A stretch of DNA of 64,000 bases from Owenia fusiformis. Its lineage: Eukaryota. The stretch's first letter is position 1. Each line of letters starts with the position of its first letter. A program made the translations under genes and the position numbers. Below the pieces are notes generated by a model that did not search any database, was not told where the DNA came from, and worked only from the letters and a program-made list of their open reading frames with translations. The DNA lies in contig CAIIXF020000001.1 in the NCBI GenBank assembly GCA_903813345.2, positions 5,456,001-5,520,000 on the forward strand, in the 5' to 3' direction. Below are positions 59,618-64,000 of the stretch, piece by piece.

Positions 59618-62600
59618 ATGAGTACAGTAAGAACATACATATGCCCAGAAGATGGATGCTTGTTCAGGAGTACACGCAAGTGGAACCTTCAAGAACATCA
59701 AAAGAATGTGCATAGCAACCCAGCAGAGAGACCATTGTGTGACACATGTGGTAGACATTTCAAAAACAAGGTAGCAAAGGTTGTATACAGTATATTCTGT
59801 AACTAACAGATCTATGTACCCTCCTCAACACTCAGGGTCCCACGATACACTCCTTTGAATGTCAATACGAGCAAAGATATTTGCCTCACGATAGAGCAAT
59901 AGAAATATGGTAAATGAAGTTCATGAAAATGTTCACAAAAAAGATGAATATCAAAACTGTTCAGGCTTTCAGGATTTGTATAGCGATTTTGTTCATATTT
60001 GGTATGTGAATACAAATAGGCATGGCACACTGTTTAATGACACTTTTGGAGCAAATGGGCGCCATTTTAACATTTTTTACTATATCTCTGAAAGGAATGG
60101 AGCGATTCTATTCATATATTTGATGTTGTGAATACTATAAGCATGGCATACTCCATGTCTAATGGCACTGGGGAGTAGGCGGTCATTTTGAAAAATGGCC
60201 ACCATTTTTACATGTGTTATTTTACGATGTTTAGTATGATATAGCAGTTTCGTTCACATTTTGATATTTGAATACTCATAAGCATGGAGCACTGTCTTAT
60301 GACATTTTGGCTGGTGGCCATTTACATGTATGCTGTGTGCGATTTTGTTGAAATTTTATATCCTACTGAGAAGCATTTTACACTTTCTGATGACAATTTG
60401 GCTAGTGAGCAACCATTTTGATAATCCTGGCCATTTTGGGGTCTCATTTTATGATTTTTGCTACATACTTTGTTTGTAAAATGCCAGCCAAATGAAATAT
60501 ACTTTTGAATGAAAGTACCTCAAATAAAATATTATCACATTTAAAAAACAAAAACAAAAAAAACATTTAAGTTATCAATAGAGAAGCAGTTTTTTAAAAT
60601 GACAATGAAAGAAAGGCCTTTTTGATGATGTTTTCAACATTTACTAATGGCCACTAATACTTTTAAGATATTGTGACTGTTTTTTCAAGTTCAAGATACG
60701 ATACAATTAGTTTTCAATATTCAAGTTGAATATCGAAGCTCATATCATGACCAATTGCTTGAGCACTCGAGCAATCGCGGGACCCCTACTCAACACCCCC
60801 GACATAATACAATATATACAGGGTCTTTAAAGATTCTCGCAATCTTTATCCAATCAGCGTTTGCGATGTGTATCGGCTCACGTATAAAAGGCGAATCCAA
60901 CTCAAATCCATGCAGGGGTGTATGAGGTACTCAAATAGGAAAGAGCTCGGAAATCTGAATTTATATACACATGGTCAATGTTTACACATGTTTGGAGTTA
61001 TTGAAGAAAATGTGATATGGGTGTGGTTCCGAATTTGAAGTCATTGCTGGAAAATATAATTTTAATACGTGAAATTATATCTATAAATACAGCACTAAAA
61101 ATAACAGTTCACATGAAGTACATGTATGATCGTGTCCAGAAATGTTTGAAACCCTTACGGAAAATTCTGTCCGCATTTTGTCACCATTGCTCTTTCTTCC
61201 CGCATTCTAGTGCTGTTTGAATGAATATATTAATTAATGTATTTCTAACTAAAATATATCACATTTTTTTATAAACCACAAACATTTAGATCATAAAAAA
61301 AATTATTCAATACTTGAGTGAGCATGATATGCAAGGGTTACTAAGTTGACACAGTAAATGACCACTGATATTGTGTTAGTCCATGCACACAGCGTATTCT
61401 GCTAATACATATTTGCTAACACCCCTCACTTTCATAGTGAAGTGACTAATTGGTTTATGTTTACGTTTTAATGTGTTTTGTGTTCCTTGTTGCAGCAAGG
61501 GGGGCCAGTAAAGTAGACTAACATGTTTGCATGGCAAGTTTTGATCGAATATGTGAGACACTTTAAGACACTACACAGTATATTTGGGTACATATCCAAC
61601 TAAATGTTAGGGCAGCTAATGTTAGTTCCTTTACTTTATCGATATGGCGAACTGAATTCAACAATGTTTTTCTCTTAAACCAATTATTGAAAACATTCTG
61701 TAAAAAAACACGGTTTTTATGTAATGTTGACTGATTGGCAACAATTTAATTCAAACATTATTTTAATATATTTTATATAACTGTTTTTGTTAACATTTTT
61801 GTTTTTTAGTGCAATTGTTTTTTGTTCCTTTATACCAATTCTTTCCGAACCTTGTTGGAACAAAATAGCATACACAACATTTTCTTAGACCTCTCAATAT
61901 TATAGTTATACAGAGGAAACTTTGGTTCATTTAACAAAAAGTATGCAAAATAGATAAAAATTAAGATAAACCTTTTATTTCATTAACAAGATACTTTTTT
62001 AAAATCAACCAAACTTTCGTTTGTACAATAACAATATTGAGAGACCTAAACATGTTGTTTTTATGTCATTTTGTTCCAATGAGGTTCGGATAAATGTTAC
62101 ATTTACTTCCGAACATAAGATACCTAGAACGAAAGAAGTGTGTGGTGTGTTTTCTAAAACAAGATAGAATATATATGTATATGTATGTATAATTCAAATT
62201 ATAATGTTACCATCCAAAAGCTGACCATTAAATTGACGATGTGTAAAATTTTCAGAATGCTTTTATGACTGGTTTAAGAGAAACAGGTGTTCAAAAAGTT
62301 CATCATATTGATACCACTCCTTTAAGTGTATATGTATTGCTTTTGTTTTGGTTTCAGAGAGGGTTGATACTGCATTTGAAATATGACCATGAAAACAGGC
62401 TGATGTGTAGTGCATGTCCAAAGACATTTGGCACACAATCTGGACTAGATGAACATTTCTCCAGAATTCACAAAGGAGAAGGAAAGATTTTCATATGCAA
62501 TGAAGATGGCTGTGTGAAGTTCTTTCGTCGAAACCAGGCACTTGAAAGCCATATTAATAGTTGTCATAGAAAATGCTACGAATTTGCCTGTCCTAATCTT

Positions 62601-62840
62601 TCATGTGAAAGAAAATTCCCATGTCAAAAAAAATTGAATGCTCACAAAGTTGAATGTGGAAAAAAATTCTCAGTAACCTGCACAAAGTGCGATAAGAAAT
62701 TTAATACATATAATGGTATGAATGACCATCGAAGGGCAATGCATGGGTCTGAGACGTACAGATGTGAATGCGGAAAGGTGTATACATTCAGGTCAGGGTT
62801 AGCAGCACATCTTAAGAAATTTAATCATAGAAAGGTGTAG
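59618..62840 (+). CDS. ZNF-5: 7-finger paralogue of ZNF-3; exons 59618-59770 and 62358-62840 (211 aa)
   Basis: Same exon lengths (153 and 483 nt) and intron position as ZNF-3; open frame. Confidence 0.88.
61842..62092. repeat. Degenerate inverted repeat (old MITE) in the ZNF-5 intron
   Basis: TCCGAACCTTGTTGGAACAAAAT.. mirrors ..ATTTTGTTCCAATGAGGTTCGGA. Confidence 0.5.
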
Positions 62841-64000
62841 TATTTGTACTAACATGCCGTTTTACTTCACTGTTATACAAACATATGCACCATTCTGCAT
62901 AATTTAGTCTTGATTCATAGGCACTTTCACTTTAGAAATCGGTGATAGGATGGTGTGCCACAATTTATCAATGTCTCATCAATATTATAATTTCCTTTTA
63001 TACACAGATCTTCTGCCTTTATTTTATGTTAACTGGAATCTCAAGTTCAGGGAACCTAATGTTTTTGCAATGACTTGCACACACACTTTGATGTTTATAC
63101 TTGTATAATTATTGTATTTCTATCTACAATAAAATTATGCATATATGACTTGTATATAGATGAGTTTTGTGGGATTCATATTATAGATGGTTAAACTGCT
63201 AATATTGTTCACATCATATCATGTCATGTCATATGCAATACTTATGCATCCTATCTCAGTTGTCCAAACAAACTTAAATTCGTAACCAGAATTGGCATAT
63301 TTATTGAGATATTAATGCTGTTTTTCATTTCGAAAAATGATGTTCTCTTTTAAGCGCTCTAACTCAGTACGATCTCAGTATGATCTCCATTCAGATTTTG
63401 AAAATATCCTAGGTTCAGGGCCGATATAAAGATGGCAGCACCAACAGAATCCATTATTATCTTTTTCTTGTACCGTAAAGGGTAGATAAAAAGTAAAAAT
63501 ATATTTCACCCAATCCTTTAACATGTACTAGTATTTGAATGTATGGTTGCCACCTCGAAAAAATATATTTCCTAAGTGACATCTATAATTGAGTAGGGTG
63601 AATGTTTATTCTTAATAGGGAATTCGAGGGAGGTAGTCCTTAGCGGAGGGAATGGATAATATTTAACACATCATGAAATTAGGAAATGATTGAAAAAAGT
63701 CACCCACCCAACCAAACCATTTCCCGAGGCTGTACAATCTGTACATTCCGGTGGGTTTCACTTAAAAATATTTTTCACCTAATCCTTTAACATGAAATCT
63801 ACTTGAATGTATGGATGTCACTTGAGAAACATACATTCTGAACTGAATGCTCACTTAGGACTATCAATGATAACTCTAAACATCCACTGATATGCAAAAT
63901 GGCCAAAATGTCACCACCTGCCATTTCATGTGTTACGGATGCCGATCGTTGTCACAAAAAAGTTGGGGACTAATAAATATTGTGGCAGTGACATAAAAGT

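Overview
AT-rich animal genomic DNA with GT-AG introns, probably a marine invertebrate (inferred from the repeat families; not prokaryotic, no CRISPR). From left to right: (1) the 5' half of an apparently intact CR1/L2-type LINE; (2) nested MITEs, HINEs and CR1 debris; (3) a host C2H2 zinc-finger gene whose three upstream exons (12467-14997) splice in frame to a 5-finger exon at 46487 across a ~31.5-kb intron. That intron holds a decayed piggyBac and a Helentron-type element (HINE). The HINE is split by a young 12.4-kb Ty3/Gypsy element and again by a 14.3-kb block. The block carries an intact 7-finger gene convergent with a spliced, decaying P-element/THAP9-like DDE transposase that has a YqaJ (lambda-exonuclease-like) domain inserted inside its catalytic fold and no THAP domain. 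Three more genes of the same finger family follow (49-63 kb). The best candidate for an undescribed system is the YqaJ-containing P-like transposase plus its C2H2 partner and the surrounding cluster of related, in-frame-spliceable finger cassettes. All calls were made by eye; no searches were run.
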